A stretch of DNA of 63,488 nucleotides, the filler included, from Perkinsus chesapeaki ATCC PRA-425 (lineage: Eukaryota > Protista > Perkinsozoa), in assembly GCA_013115145.1 (NCBI GenBank). It is 13 parts of 13 records of this genome, joined end to end, with 100 filler letters (N's around TTAATTAATTAA, not from the genome) between each part and the next. Parts side by side here need not be neighbours in the genome. Positions count along the whole stretch, not along the records: positions 31,699 to 39,380 come from JAAPAO010001016.1; positions 39,481 to 40,537 come from JAAPAO010002244.1; positions 40,638 to 46,314 come from JAAPAO010001134.1; positions 46,415 to 47,418 come from JAAPAO010002291.1; 9 more parts are not named here. One strand, written 5' to 3'. Under the pieces are notes generated by a model. That model saw nothing but the letters and a program-made list of their open reading frames with translations. It was not told where the DNA came from and made no database searches. Position 1 is the first letter of the stretch, and each line of letters starts with the position of its first letter. Shown in pieces: positions 34,880-46,495 of this stretch. A program made the position numbers and the translations under genes.

Positions 34880-37797
34880 GTGGCCGTGATAGTTCATCAG
34901 CAGAGCTATCAGAACGGCCACAGGTCCATGCTGTTACCCTACAAGCCCCCAACTGTTCTCCAACCCATCTGACGCCTTCTTGTCAGGTCGATGTTCATCT
35001 ATCGTTGCCGAGTTCAACACAGAGACTCAAGGCATTGGTCGACAGTGGTTTCACTATATCATTAATAAGTATGTCTGTAGTTGATACCCTCCCCGCTGAT
35101 ATCGAGGTCGATACATCCGATACTCCTATTTGTTCCACTGCTGATAAGAGCCCATTGAAGCTGCTCGGATCTACTATTCTTCCCTTTACTATTTGTGGAA
35201 ATACTATAAGTAATAAATTTTATGTGACAGTGCAACCTCTAGCACATCCTATGATCATTGGTCAAGACATTATGGCTAAGACGAATTTGACTCTGAGATT
35301 CTCGAAGCCTGAATCCCAACTGCGAGGAAACGATAATATGTCGGTCTCCAGTGTAAAAGATCCTGGAGACTGGAAAAAGCTGCCAGAAGGCTGGATGGTC
35401 AATGACGTCATCATGAGCAACGACAAACTACATATTGTTTCGGCAAAATCTTGTACCCCTGGAAGCTGCCCTCCATATAGGTTCTACGTTGGCGTTAACC
35501 CAGCTATCATCAAAGACTCGTCTCGAGCTGAGAAGATGGGAGCCTTGAAACCGCATAAGAACCTTAGCGAAGCACCACCAGAAGCACTAGAAGCCGGGAG
35601 AAGATGCTTTGAGCAGTGGCGATCTGAGGGTCGACTTGTCAGTACTGATGTTCATTCAGCCATATCAATCACGAATTGGTATATGGTCGGAGGTGATTCT
35701 CGCAGGTACCGGCCCGTATTCCCTTTCATTCATCTCAATAGGAATTTGAGATCTGCACTTGGTAATGAACCTTTCCCACAAGCTCTCATCGCCACCCTCG
35801 TGGACAAGTCCCGCTGCTTTTCTCACTGCACGGTCAACGATCTCTCAGATGCATACATGCATCTTTGGTTACTCCCGAGTAACTGGCCCATGTTCACCGT
35901 GAATGTGACGCCTCTCTCGGACACCGTTGACCTGTGCGAGTTTCATTGTCTCCCTTATGGACCGTCACACTGCCCTCGGTTACTCGAAACTTGCCTACAG
36001 TGGTTACTGAAGAAGTACATGAGTGACACCGAGAGCTCCGAGATCAAGTCCTACATGGACGATATAGCGCTATTCTCAAACTACCCTGACCTCACAGCAG
36101 AAGCCCGACTTGCGAAGGTATGCCAAAACCACGACCTCATCCTGAAGGCAAGTAAGCGCCAAGAGATCACCGACGGTGACTCAAAGATGCTCGGTCAACA
36201 GTACACTGACAACGGCGAGAATATGACGCTATGTCCATCGAAGCTGGCACAGTTCAAGGCTCGTTCCCCACAGAAGGAGTCTTCCTACGCAGATTTATTG
36301 AGCTCACTCGGATCTTTAGACGAGTCAACGGTTATCCCTGCTTGGCCTGCTGCCCTGAAACATGCAGCACAAGGACTAGTAGCGCGGGAGCGGTCAGCAA
36401 CCGGTTCGCCTTGGTCCGGACACTGCTCACATGAACTCCGCGATCTTGTAAAGAGATGGCACTCTATGGTATCAGAACTGCCCAAAGAGGCATTCATTCT
36501 ACATCGGTGTTTTGACTTCGACGCTCCCTTACATGTATATACAGATGCAGCCAAGTATGCTGGCGGCTACCTACTACGCCAAAATGGTCACGATTTACTT
36601 CAGCGCGTCCACATCCACTCCTCCGCCGACGCGCAGCTCCCTATTGTCTGTCTCGAAGCCCGCATACTCTACAGAGCCTTCGCCTCTGTTCACCATTTGG
36701 AGGAAGTTGGTCGGAGACGTTTTAGCCGCGTCTACTACCTGTCGACAATGTCGCAGTCGAGCAGACCTTCCGAGCGGGACGACCTGCCTCATCGAGCAGC
36801 AAAGATGCAAAGCCGATCCTGATGAAGTATATGGCTATGACCAACGTGCTGTACGATCCAGAAGATTTCAATCGCCGCATCTTCATCGAGCGAGTCCCAG
36901 GCGATCGCAATCCGGCCGATGCCTTGACACGCCATGACCTGCTCCGTCAATTTGTGTCCTTTGCTTCTTCCACATCGCTTGAAGTCTGCTCAGCGAGCAA
37001 TGAGGTTCCTATTCTAAACACTCAGCGCCCTTTCGGAGAGGATGACGCTTTATCTCTTGGTGTTACATCATGTTCTATTCAGGTTACCGACACCCAAAAG
37101 GTTTACGGATCAAGTACAACGTTACCTTCCACGTCGACTGTCCGCAACCACCAACAGAATGACGCCACCATTAAATCACTTACTGAGAATCTACTCAGGT
37201 GCCAAAGTCTACCAGAAGCGGTAAACTCCTCCTACTCTCATGTCTGGCATACACTCTTGTTACGAGACGGCCTCCTCAGTCGACAAATACCCGCTGACTA
37301 TGGTTCTAATATCTCTGATGTTGTTGTCGTGCCTACCACCCACACTCGTGGACGGTGTGCTGCGTTACTTCCATGATCACTCCGGCCCTGCCCATCCGGG
37401 CATTCAGAGGATGATACGAGCCGTTAGACGACGGTATTGGTTCCCTAGATTGTCAAGAACGATCTGTGAATACGTAAAATCATGTCCCGCCTGCTATCAA
37501 CAACAACTACGCCAGGTTTGGTCCCAAGACGGAGTACAGCTTGTATGCCCCCCTGCTCCGTGGCACACGGTAGCAGCTGATATTCTCAGTGTATCTACGC
37601 CGCGTGGCAATCTACTACTCCTAACAGCACTATGTCTATTTAGCTACTGGCCTGAAGTTCGAGTGATACCGTCGAAATCTTCAATGGATGTAGCCTTGGC
37701 CCTGCGTAACATGAACACTCACTTTGGTCGATTTACAATCCTACGGACAAATAGAGGTCCTGAATTTCAAGGCGAGGTAGAGATCCTGACAGGATGA
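34864..37797 (+). pseudogene. pol: Pol polyprotein (protease, RT, RNase H, integrase), disrupted
   Basis: Motifs KALVDSG, NDLSDAY, LPYGPS, SYMDDIA, VYTDAAK, RNPADALTR, HDHSGPAHPG...CPAC and WHTVAADI. The second integrase Asp reads TNRG, and the last DDE Glu is missing. Confidence 0.88.
34870..34921 (+). promoter_or_regulatory. -1 programmed ribosomal frameshift signal (G GGA AAC plus stem-loop)
   Basis: Slippery heptamer at 34870-34876. The pol (-1) frame is open from 34864. Hairpin gtggccgt-gatagttc/gagctatc-acggccac spans 34880-34921. Confidence 0.85.
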
Positions 37798-37799
37798 TC

Positions 37800-38375
37800 C
37801 TGTCGTGGCTGTCTCCCCGAGTGCACACGTACGGTTACTGGGACTCCGATTGAATCGGACCGATTCCCCGAATGCCGCCGGGTTCGATTTCGACCAGTCA
37901 CACACATTCCGCGTTCCTTATCGTGTGAACGCGCCGGTGACTTGATTGATGTCGAGGGTGGACAACTGAGACTCTATTTAGAGCCGAGCTGCACGTATCA
38001 CGCAGAAACTGGCAGACCAAACGTAAACATTAGCTTAGTGGTACTGGGTCTTGGCAATTCAATCCGGTGCCATCCGGGCAAGTGCACCCTGTATAACCTT
38101 TAGCAGTCTTTCGGCAGACTCCATCAGATTTGGGATAAGAACCTAATATATGTCGAGTAAGTTTAAAGAGCACTGTGGTCAAGTACCGTTTGGAGCATTT
38201 GTCATTACGATTCCTGCTGGTCTTGGGATCATCAAAGCCGGCCTGACAATAACTCTAAGTGGGTTACTGTCCCGAACATGACAGCCCACATGTTTTGATG
38301 CACTAAAGCATTCTCAGTGCCGCCACATACTCCGAAAATGAGAACCATATGAACGACAGAGGTAGCAACCTTCAT
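37800..38375 (-). pseudogene. Secreted Cys-rich family copy 2, 3' part disrupted
   Basis: MKVATSVVHMVLIFGVCGGTENALVHQNM|PALMIPRPAGIVMTNAPNG|SYPKSDGVCRKTAKGYTGCTCPDGTGLNCQDP has the same exon structure as copy 1. Downstream exons could not be joined cleanly. Confidence 0.7.
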
Positions 38376-38996
38376 AGTTTCAAACCCTTAAGACCTGAAA
38401 GACTGAAGACAGTCACAAATTACTAGCATATACCTCGTTTTACCGTGGCGATATATTCGTCCGCGCACCCTAGAGGAGACGGTCACGTAAAGGTGTCACA
38501 TGACGCTGTCACCATGCCATTCGCCACCTCAAACTGCCCTGCGGCGGAGGATAACTACAGTTTGACAATTCACAGAAAGAGTTAGAACACACTATACACC
38601 ATCACGGCACGTTGTTCGCCAGCTGCCGTTGCTTCAGATCCTGCAACCTCCGTCCACAAGACTAAGAAGAACACGCTTAAGCCCTAAGCCTTAGGGTGTT
38701 CTTTAAGAACTCGGTGAATGCGCTAAAGTGACACGCTACCGTATTCACTCGACCTAGCGAGGTCATTTTCTATCCCGATTCCTTGTGGATGCAATTTCAG
38801 CCTTTCATAGTGCGAAAGTCACACACATGTCAGTTTCTCATCGTTTAGCTTCACTTGATTGATCAACTATTGTGTACGTCTGGGCGAGGCAATACTTAAT
38901 AACTACGTGTACGTCTATCGTCGGCCGATCTGTAGACAATGAATCAAACTAGACAATGAACGCGCCGCCATACTCTCTGGGCTATTGATTGATCTT

Positions 38997-39164
38997 TTAA
39001 TGAGTATGGAATGGACCTAAAACATTCGCTGGGGAATGCTCCCTCGTTGCGGAGGGTTCATGAATAGCAACGCCCCGCCCATTCAGATCCGCTAAAGGAC
39101 GTTCAACACCTTCACACATCTCGAGAATGGATATAACATACACACCGAAGTTGACGATCTTCAT
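38997..39164 (-). pseudogene. Secreted Cys-rich family copy 3, internally deleted (55-aa ORF)
   Basis: Signal peptide MKIVNFGVYVISILEMCEG is fused to sequence matching the copy 1 3' UTR (acgagggagcattccccagcga vs acgagggaacatcctccagcga). Confidence 0.65.
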
Positions 39165-39496
39165 AGTTTCACACCTCCAAGTTCTGCGGCAGAACTTCTG
39201 CCAGACTGGGGCTTAAAGTGGCGCCAGCTTCTCTGTGACTTGCACGCGTTCACCGGGAAGATAGTCAGGAAAGTTTGGCCCGAGTTGATGGGCACCTAGT
39301 GTACTCGGCCACCGTAATGAGTGTTACCGGTGCGTATACTGTGCATCATGAACGGGTTTTGTTCACAAATGAGCTCCGCTNNNNNNNNNNNNNNNNNNNN
39401 NNNNNNNNNNNNNNNNNNNNNNNNTTAATTAATTAANNNNNNNNNNNNNNNNNNNNNNNNNNNNNNNNNNNNNNNNNNNNTGACTCTGGGAATTAC

Positions 39497-39542
39497 GGAG
39501 CATGCCCGATCCAAATGAAGCATGCTCCTTTACTCGTTTCCC
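39497..39542 (-). promoter_or_regulatory. -1 frameshift signal (G GGA AAC, 7-nt spacer, 9-bp hairpin)
   Basis: The minus-strand heptamer is at 39542-39536, and stem ggagcatgc/gcatgctcc spans 39528-39497. The -1 frame (GKRVKEHASFGSGMLRNSQS) stays open to the contig end. Confidence 0.85.
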
Positions 39543-40402
39543 ATATTAACATCTTTATTACCATTATCATAGCACGTTTTTTCATCCTGCACCATATACG
39601 AACTCTCATTATTGATAGCATAATCTCTATTAGGGTCATTACCCACTTGTAAGCCAGTAGGACAACTCCTAGCCAGGTGACCCAAGCGACCGCACACATA
39701 GCATCGGTTGTACCAATAGGGGTCTTGCTGAGATCGGTTTCCTGAGCCTTTTCCACCACCCTTACGATAACCGCCCTTACCACTCGATCGACCTTTGCCT
39801 TTGCCTTTACCTTTGCCACCAGCTTGATAACGCCTCTGACCATAGTTTGCATAAAACACCACATCAGACGTCGAACCAGTATCAATAGTCATATCATTCT
39901 TCAGTATTTGAGCACGTTGAACACACTCTTCTAGTGTAGGTAGTTGTAGGACCCTCAATTTCCTAGCAATATCTTGAGGAATGCCCCTTAGAAACTGGCC
40001 TTTTGCTACACCATCAATTACAGAACTTGGCACTTTAGACCCTTCGACCGACAACATCCTCGCAGCCAAATGCTTAAGGTCATAACTATAATCCAATAAT
40101 GACTCTGACGGAAGCAGAACTCTGGAGTTGAAGTCCTCGAAGACATCCTTCGTCAACAATCGCTGGATTAGTTGATTCTTGACCCTTTCCAGATCCTTCT
40201 TATCTTCAATAGGTAAGCCATCATACGCAGCAAGAACAGAGTCCTCCAGAAATAACGGAATATACTTGTAGGTCTCATCACTACTCCATGCATAGAACGC
40301 CGCGATACTACGATACTTCTCGAACCATGCTTCAATTCTCGCTATTGTTAACCCATTACTAGACAGGGGACTTGGAGTAACCTTTAATGTAGGCGCCATC
40401 AA
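39530..40402 (-). CDS. gag: Gag of a second LTR retrotransposon
   Basis: 290 aa with a capsid-like region homologous to gag 33965 (AWFEKY..W..LPLFL), a G/K-rich stretch and CYVCGRLGHLARSC. It ends MGNE*. Confidence 0.92.
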   Translation of the reverse strand: MMAPTLKVTPSPLSSNGLTIARIEAWFEKYRSIAAFYAWSSDETYKYIPLFLEDSVLAAYDGLPIEDKKDLERVKNQLIQRLLTKDVFEDFNSRVLLPSESLLDYSYDLKHLAARMLSVEGSKVPSSVIDGVAKGQFLRGIPQDIARKLRVLQLPTLEECVQRAQILKNDMTIDTGSTSDVVFYANYGQRRYQAGGKGKGKGKGRSSGKGGYRKGGGKGSGNRSQQDPYWYNRCYVCGRLGHLARSCPTGLQVGNDPNRDYAINNESSYMVQDEKTCYDNGNKDVNMGNE

Positions 40403-40459
40403 TTCTTACAAATACCAGTATGTGACGTTCAAAGTTGCCGTTGATAACAAAAACAAGGA

Positions 40460-40473
40460 GCTGCTACCACTTG
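40460..40473 (-). promoter_or_regulatory. LTR 3' end (CA) and primer-binding site TGGTAGCAGC
   Basis: The minus strand reads ...actactaCA ag TGGTAGCAGCtcc, ~60 nt upstream of gag. TGGTAGCAG is the classic initiator-tRNA-Met PBS type. Confidence 0.7.
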
Positions 40474-41754
40474 TAGTAGTGATGACGCAACAGTCAGGCA
40501 GTACAGGAAAGAACTTACTACTCCAGTGAATGGAACTNNNNNNNNNNNNNNNNNNNNNNNNNNNNNNNNNNNNNNNNNNNNTTAATTAATTAANNNNNNN
40601 NNNNNNNNNNNNNNNNNNNNNNNNNNNNNNNNNNNNNAGAGTCAAGTTATCTGTACTTTCCCAAGTATTGAATTAAATTAATGTCACGAGGGGAGTTAGG
40701 GGAGTTTAAGCTAAATATACTCCTACAGACGAAGGCCCCCGATCCTGTCGCTTGCATGAGCTATCATGCTTCACTCCACAGTTACATCATGAGCCGCAGA
40801 ATTTATGCCAAGGCGGTACACAGGCGTTGAGCAGAGGAGAGTCACTGTGGCGGTAACGGCTTTTATGTGATTATCGCGCAACACGATTTTTCTTTTTGCT
40901 GACGTTATTTCTGTCCCCAATTTTGTGCGTTTTTCCGCGCCATTTGTTTCCCACAATTGTCTGCTAAGATTCCTAGCGTCCAGCTAGTGGACTCGGTGAC
41001 CGAGTCTCGGTCCATAACTCATAAATAAACGTATAAGCTTGCTAAGCTTTCTACGGTATCGACCTCATCACCTACGAACCGTTTGTATCCTCAAACGGAA
41101 CAAGCTTTTGAGTTACTATTGCAATAATCCGTCATATCACTCTCGGAGAGTGCGCGGATAACAGCTGTGAGAATGCTTTAAGATCCTTAACTCGCATAAG
41201 CCATCATGAGATATACTCATCACTACAGTAGTGTAGAGGTATAACAATTATAGTGGGATTCTATTTGATCTTCGTCATTCTTGCAATCTTAACTAATCGT
41301 TGTTTTGTGCGGCGATAGCTCGACGACTGACAACCAGCAGCACAACGTATCTATTCAAACTCGCAAATCCCATGTATCTGGAGCCCCAAGTAACCCTTAT
41401 GATAAACCGTAGACCAGTCATAGTCCCTCACTCCATTATTACTACTGTAACAACGCAACATGAAGTATTGTGAAGAAAACCAGCTTATGGTCTCACATTT
41501 ACGTCATAAAAAATCTACTTTTCAGGAATCCATTTGGAGGTGTCCACAAGAGAATACCTAGCTCGCGGTAACTCTGATAATAATCTGATCCTCTCCCAGA
41601 GAGCTCGGATGACTTGAGTCGTAATATGTTGGGTTATCCAACCACAAAGCTGTAAAAACGATCCGATAAGGATGCGTGCAAGCAAACGTACGCATATTCA
41701 ACATTAATGAGCCGGACACATCGAGTCGGCACGAAAAAGGTGTAAACGATGATG

Positions 41755-43574
41755 CTAGCCGGTCTTCTCTCGACGGACCTTAATTGCTTGGATTACGGGC
41801 ATGAACTGAAAGCGAGACGACGAAAGCCAGGAAATATCTAGATGTAGCTCGTTTACCTCCTGAAGCCACTCTATTTGTCTGGCATTAGCGTTCATATCAG
41901 TTCTCCATGTGAAGTCATGACCTTCATTAGGGAAGATCACCAGTTGTAGACGGGCTTCAGGGGTGACGGACTCCCTCTGATTGTTTAAAACATTGAAGAG
42001 CGCCTTGCTGTTAGAAACGGAACAGACTTTATCTTCAGAACCTGGTCGCCGTGATGTAGGCAGATTTCCATCACAACCCAGCTTACCGTGCATAAGTAGA
42101 AGGGGAACCTTGAGGAGCCGGCTAGCTCCCCGGCCAAGAACGTCAGATTTTCTCAACGCACCTGGGACAGGCCAAGTCGTACTTTCGGACTTACCGGCCC
42201 AGAACTCGTCTTCATCAGTAAAGTCACCTACAAACAGGACTGCTTATCACGCAAAATAATTTCACGCCGTGAGACACACTGCAGTCATTTGAGGGATTAA
42301 TTTGCCTCCCTTCTGGAAAACAATGCTCCTCCATGCTCGCAACCACTCAAGCAGTAAGCTATACGGCCTCGTAGAAAAGTAAGATATTTGAATGATAACG
42401 GTGGACTCGATGGGCTTAGCCCATATAAAGCGTAGTCGAGGTTATCCACATAGAAACTGTATAAAGACGTAGAAACTGTATTTCGCTGGAACGCTCAGAC
42501 TTGAATAACAAGTGAAATAGGTGACAAAACGCACAATTGGGGAACCGTCATACCTGTCACCGCACCATTCCATCTCTTCGATACCCAGGGCACAGGTGGC
42601 CGGAGACGGGGCTAGAATGGGATTTATTGCACTAAAATTTTTACGACGGATTTGAGTTCTCCAATGTTCTAGGATCTTAAAACTGTATAGCTTAACGTCT
42701 GGGGTGACTGCGAAGAAAAAATACAGCACGTCTAAAATTTGCGCACTTTTTGTGCCCAAAATGGGGGTCGCAGGCACGAATCCCACCCAGGACATTTTTA
42801 AATATGGTAGCCTTGCTCAAATATGGTATTAAGCGTTCGGCTTACTTCCAGGGTGATCTTCAAGGAAACGAATGTGCACACCTTCTAGACGCCGTTGCTA
42901 ATAATAAGATCTTGCAGGCATCTTGTTATTCAAGAATAACAAGAATTGTATCTTCTTATATCCGAATACTCTGGCAAGCTCCAATAGACCTATAGTCATT
43001 GTTAATATCATATGCTCGATATTATTAAGCCTATTATGCTCAATACACGTATTGTCCTACGGGACTCATATGAGAAACTTGGCACAAGACTTTCAACTAA
43101 GACTTCAAGTGCGTGCCTTAACGATACACAAGGAAAGTCACCATAAAGTGTCTATATGCATTATGGCTCCCGAAAGAAAGGGTCCAGGGGATTTCCGAGC
43201 TGCTCCTCAACTGCTCACTTGTCGTATACTTCAACCTTGGTGATAGGCGAGATTTTAGAGCACGGTCCGTCGTGCAAGCTGACAACCAATGACCCTGGAC
43301 GGACGACTCCAACTCCAGGAGGTCGCCGAGAATATAGCATCCCACGGCATTTGTGACCAAGCCCGACACTCCACTCGAGTTCACTGGCAACCAGAGAGTC
43401 AAGCGTAGGATCGTAGGGTTGATGAACCTTGTCTGTCACTTGACCACTTTTAGCATCAAGCGCGACCAGCGCTAGAGTGCTGAACAGAAAAGGGGTCAGC
43501 ACGAGTAGCATGAGAAGGCAACGCATAAGCATCTCACTCTTTAGTTGTGTTACTCTCATATATGAAGCGCCCAC
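41755..43574 (-). CDS. S9 (prolyl oligopeptidase/acylaminoacyl-peptidase-like) alpha/beta hydrolase, multi-exon, possibly degenerate; may extend to ~46.2 kb
   Basis: LEWS...CRGMLY...LVVSLHDGP (cf. IHGGP), PLLLMHG|SEDKVCSVSNSKALF (Asp) and LVIFPNEGHDF (His). The middle exons were not reconstructed. Confidence 0.65.
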
Positions 43575-46495
43575 TGTTCGATTGATATATCATACTCGTT
43601 GTGGTACACGGCAAAGCTAGCTCCAAGCGCTGAGGCGGGCTGCTGTTATCTGCATTCATGGCTTTGACGTAACTGAAGTGAGAGGTCAGTTCCGATTCAG
43701 AGCCCCATGACGTCCCTCAGAGAAGTGTTACGTTGTTGTATTGAAGCCAAACTGAACTGTCCACCAAAGTGTACTAGGGAGGCCTTCAACCCATCCAAAT
43801 CCAATAATCAGCTCACCGGTGTTGGACACAGGAACAGGCTAATGAAATATAATCTCAATACGTGTAACTTTAGCTCACCTCGGTTATACTCGTATTAGCT
43901 AGCTTAACGAACAGCTTGTAGTTAGTAGAGGCTGCCGGAGCCGACCTCGAAACCGGAACGTAATTAGCCGTGTAAGCTATGTAGCTCCCACAAGGTGATG
44001 GTTCGTAACTTCCTAAGACGAAGGACTGCAGATACTATTTTCCTGGTGCGAAGATATCTAAGCAATCAGCGGCAGCCTGAGTGTATCACCACCTCTGGCG
44101 AGCTATCAATCATAGGGTTTCTGATGTTGTTGCTTACCTAGACTCCCTGCGCCGTTCGTGAAGGCTCGAGGCTTCAGTTGAGGTGCTGAACGGTTGAGAT
44201 CAACAATCGCGAGCTCTCCCCAGGAAGCTTGAACTCTTATCTGAACAATAAAGAGAGTATATAAATAGACTTGAATCACGTCACGTGATTGTGATGGTTA
44301 GGTCAGTCTTGTCTATCCTCCACAGCGCCCATCTTCCATCACGAGCGACTCTGACGCCTCTCGCTAGTCTTGGAAGGAAAGTATCATTACCTACTACTTC
44401 TATCCAACCGGCAGCAGTATCATCGTAACTGGCACAGAAGGGACATGTTGTATAACATCCAGACACTGGATTTTAGTGTCGGCTCTGGTGGGGGAAAAAG
44501 CGTGGCAAGTTGATTATTGCTTCATTTGCTAGGATGGATGCACTTAAAAAAGGCAGACGCGTGAGTATACCTTAGAAGAGTGCTCGGAGGCGTCTTCTTC
44601 TCGTGCATCCCCGGCTCGGATACTCTGAAGTGGATAAGGTTTTGATAATCTCAGCCANNNNNNNNNNNNNNNNNNNNNNNNNNNNNNNNNNNNNNNNNNN
44701 NNNNNNNNNNNNNNNNNNNNNNNNNNNNNNNNNNNNNNNNNNNNNNNNNNNNNNCCTCGGAGGCGTCTTCTTCTCGTGCATCCCCGGCTCGGATACTCTG
44801 AAGTGGATAAGGTTTTGATAATCTCAGCCATAAATAAATGTATGCTCCTTTCCACCAATATTCATCTTCTGGATGCTTCTCAACAGGTTCCTTATTATCT
44901 AACGCGATTGCTACAGGGGCGACACCTACAATTCACGCAGAAATCATCAGTACCACCTCATCACCTGGTCGTCAACCGTCAACGGCTGGACTACGCAGCG
45001 ATAGACTCACTGGTATACAAAAGCTGTACTAGTCAGACTGAATGCTGTCAAGCCGCTAGAATAGCGTAAGCCAACGAAAGAAAAATAAAGGCCCATGGGA
45101 GATATATACTCAAGATAGTTGAACTGTTGAAGTTAAAGAATATAGAGTTACACAGAATATGAATTCATTAAATCAATATAATAATGATCAATTGCGATGG
45201 CCTATTCTATTACACGGAATATTGTCTAGGTCACGAAATGATAATCATTCGGCAGCTGTAGCCCTACCGGAAAAGAATGTTGCGTCAACACTCTTGTGAG
45301 AACCTGGCCATGACAGAACTTGTGATACGGTGAGCACAGGACGCTGCTCTGATCCAGATAGAACGCCTGAGATAACTATGGTTAGTCATTATTATCCTCC
45401 GCCTTACCTTTCCATAAGCCCCCGTCCCACCACATCTTGAATACGACAGTGTGAGGATCGCCGCTGGGGTATACACGGTCGACATTATATAGGTCGAAGT
45501 AGCCCCTACTAGACCGGCCACCGCTCCTAAAATGAGACCTCGGGAAACAGGACTTGGCTAGCTTCGACGTGAGAGCGGAAGACGTACATCGGGCGGCTCG
45601 CTTCGACATGTAGCTCAACGAGGTCCAACGGAGACATGCTGGAAAAAACGATAGAGTGTTTCATTATGTAGAGGCCATTTTACCTGGGCGAGCGGGTGAT
45701 CAAGAGAGCAGATCTGTATCTGCTCCCCGAGGACTCATTGTCTCTAGAGTTGTAGTACCACAGCAGAACGAGACAACGGTCATCTACTGCAGTGATGAAC
45801 TGGATAGAAGTACTGAGGACCGTAGAGATCTGCCTAACCGATTGCTTCGGTTCAAGGTTGGCCCGAGAGATTTGCTCTGCATAGCTGAACACAATGACAT
45901 GACCGATTAGCATTACCCTCCGTAGCTTACATGAAATTCACACTTACATAAAAAAGGATGCAGATCCGGCATAAGCGACTCTTCAGTGATCTCACAGGAG
46001 GCTATGAAACTTGCGACATAGGGAGAAAGTGAAAGCCTTATCGGTCTCGCTGCAAATGCCGATCGTTGTCGAAAGCTCTGCACAACTCTACTGTAGAGCA
46101 GGTAACCTTGGGGTTCATGATGCCTCCAGGCACGCGAGCCCATGCCACGGAGATTCTGCGCGTTCGTTTTGAACGAACAGCTCCGAGAACAGCATGAACA
46201 CGATAATACCAGTAGTACTATTGATCACCGGCCGAGATGCTCGTCCCCCTCAAGAAACTTGCTCAAAAGGGCCACTGAAGATGAAATGCAAAGCCCGGTC
46301 TAGTCGCCGACACCNNNNNNNNNNNNNNNNNNNNNNNNNNNNNNNNNNNNNNNNNNNNTTAATTAATTAANNNNNNNNNNNNNNNNNNNNNNNNNNNNNN
46401 NNNNNNNNNNNNNNGAGGAGCAGAAGGAAGAAGAAAACGGTAGAAGGGGGAAGCATTGTTGATGACATTCACGCTGCTCTCAGGCGGACGCCAAT

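Larger units (their letters stand above)
33744..37797 (+). mobile_element. LTR retrotransposon (PR-RT-RH-INT order, Ty3/Gypsy- or BEL-like), 3'-truncated and inactivated
   Basis: gag with CCHC, then pol with DSG protease, YMDD RT, RNase H and HHCC integrase. Frameshifts occur near 36742 and ~37330, and the integrase is cut off at 37797. The candidate 5' LTR TG...CA at 33744-33936 is unverified. Confidence 0.9.

Noticed and set aside
44583-44829. ~75-bp direct repeat flanking the 97-N gap
   Set aside because: Identical sequence on both sides of a gap indicates an unmerged contig overlap, not a real duplication.
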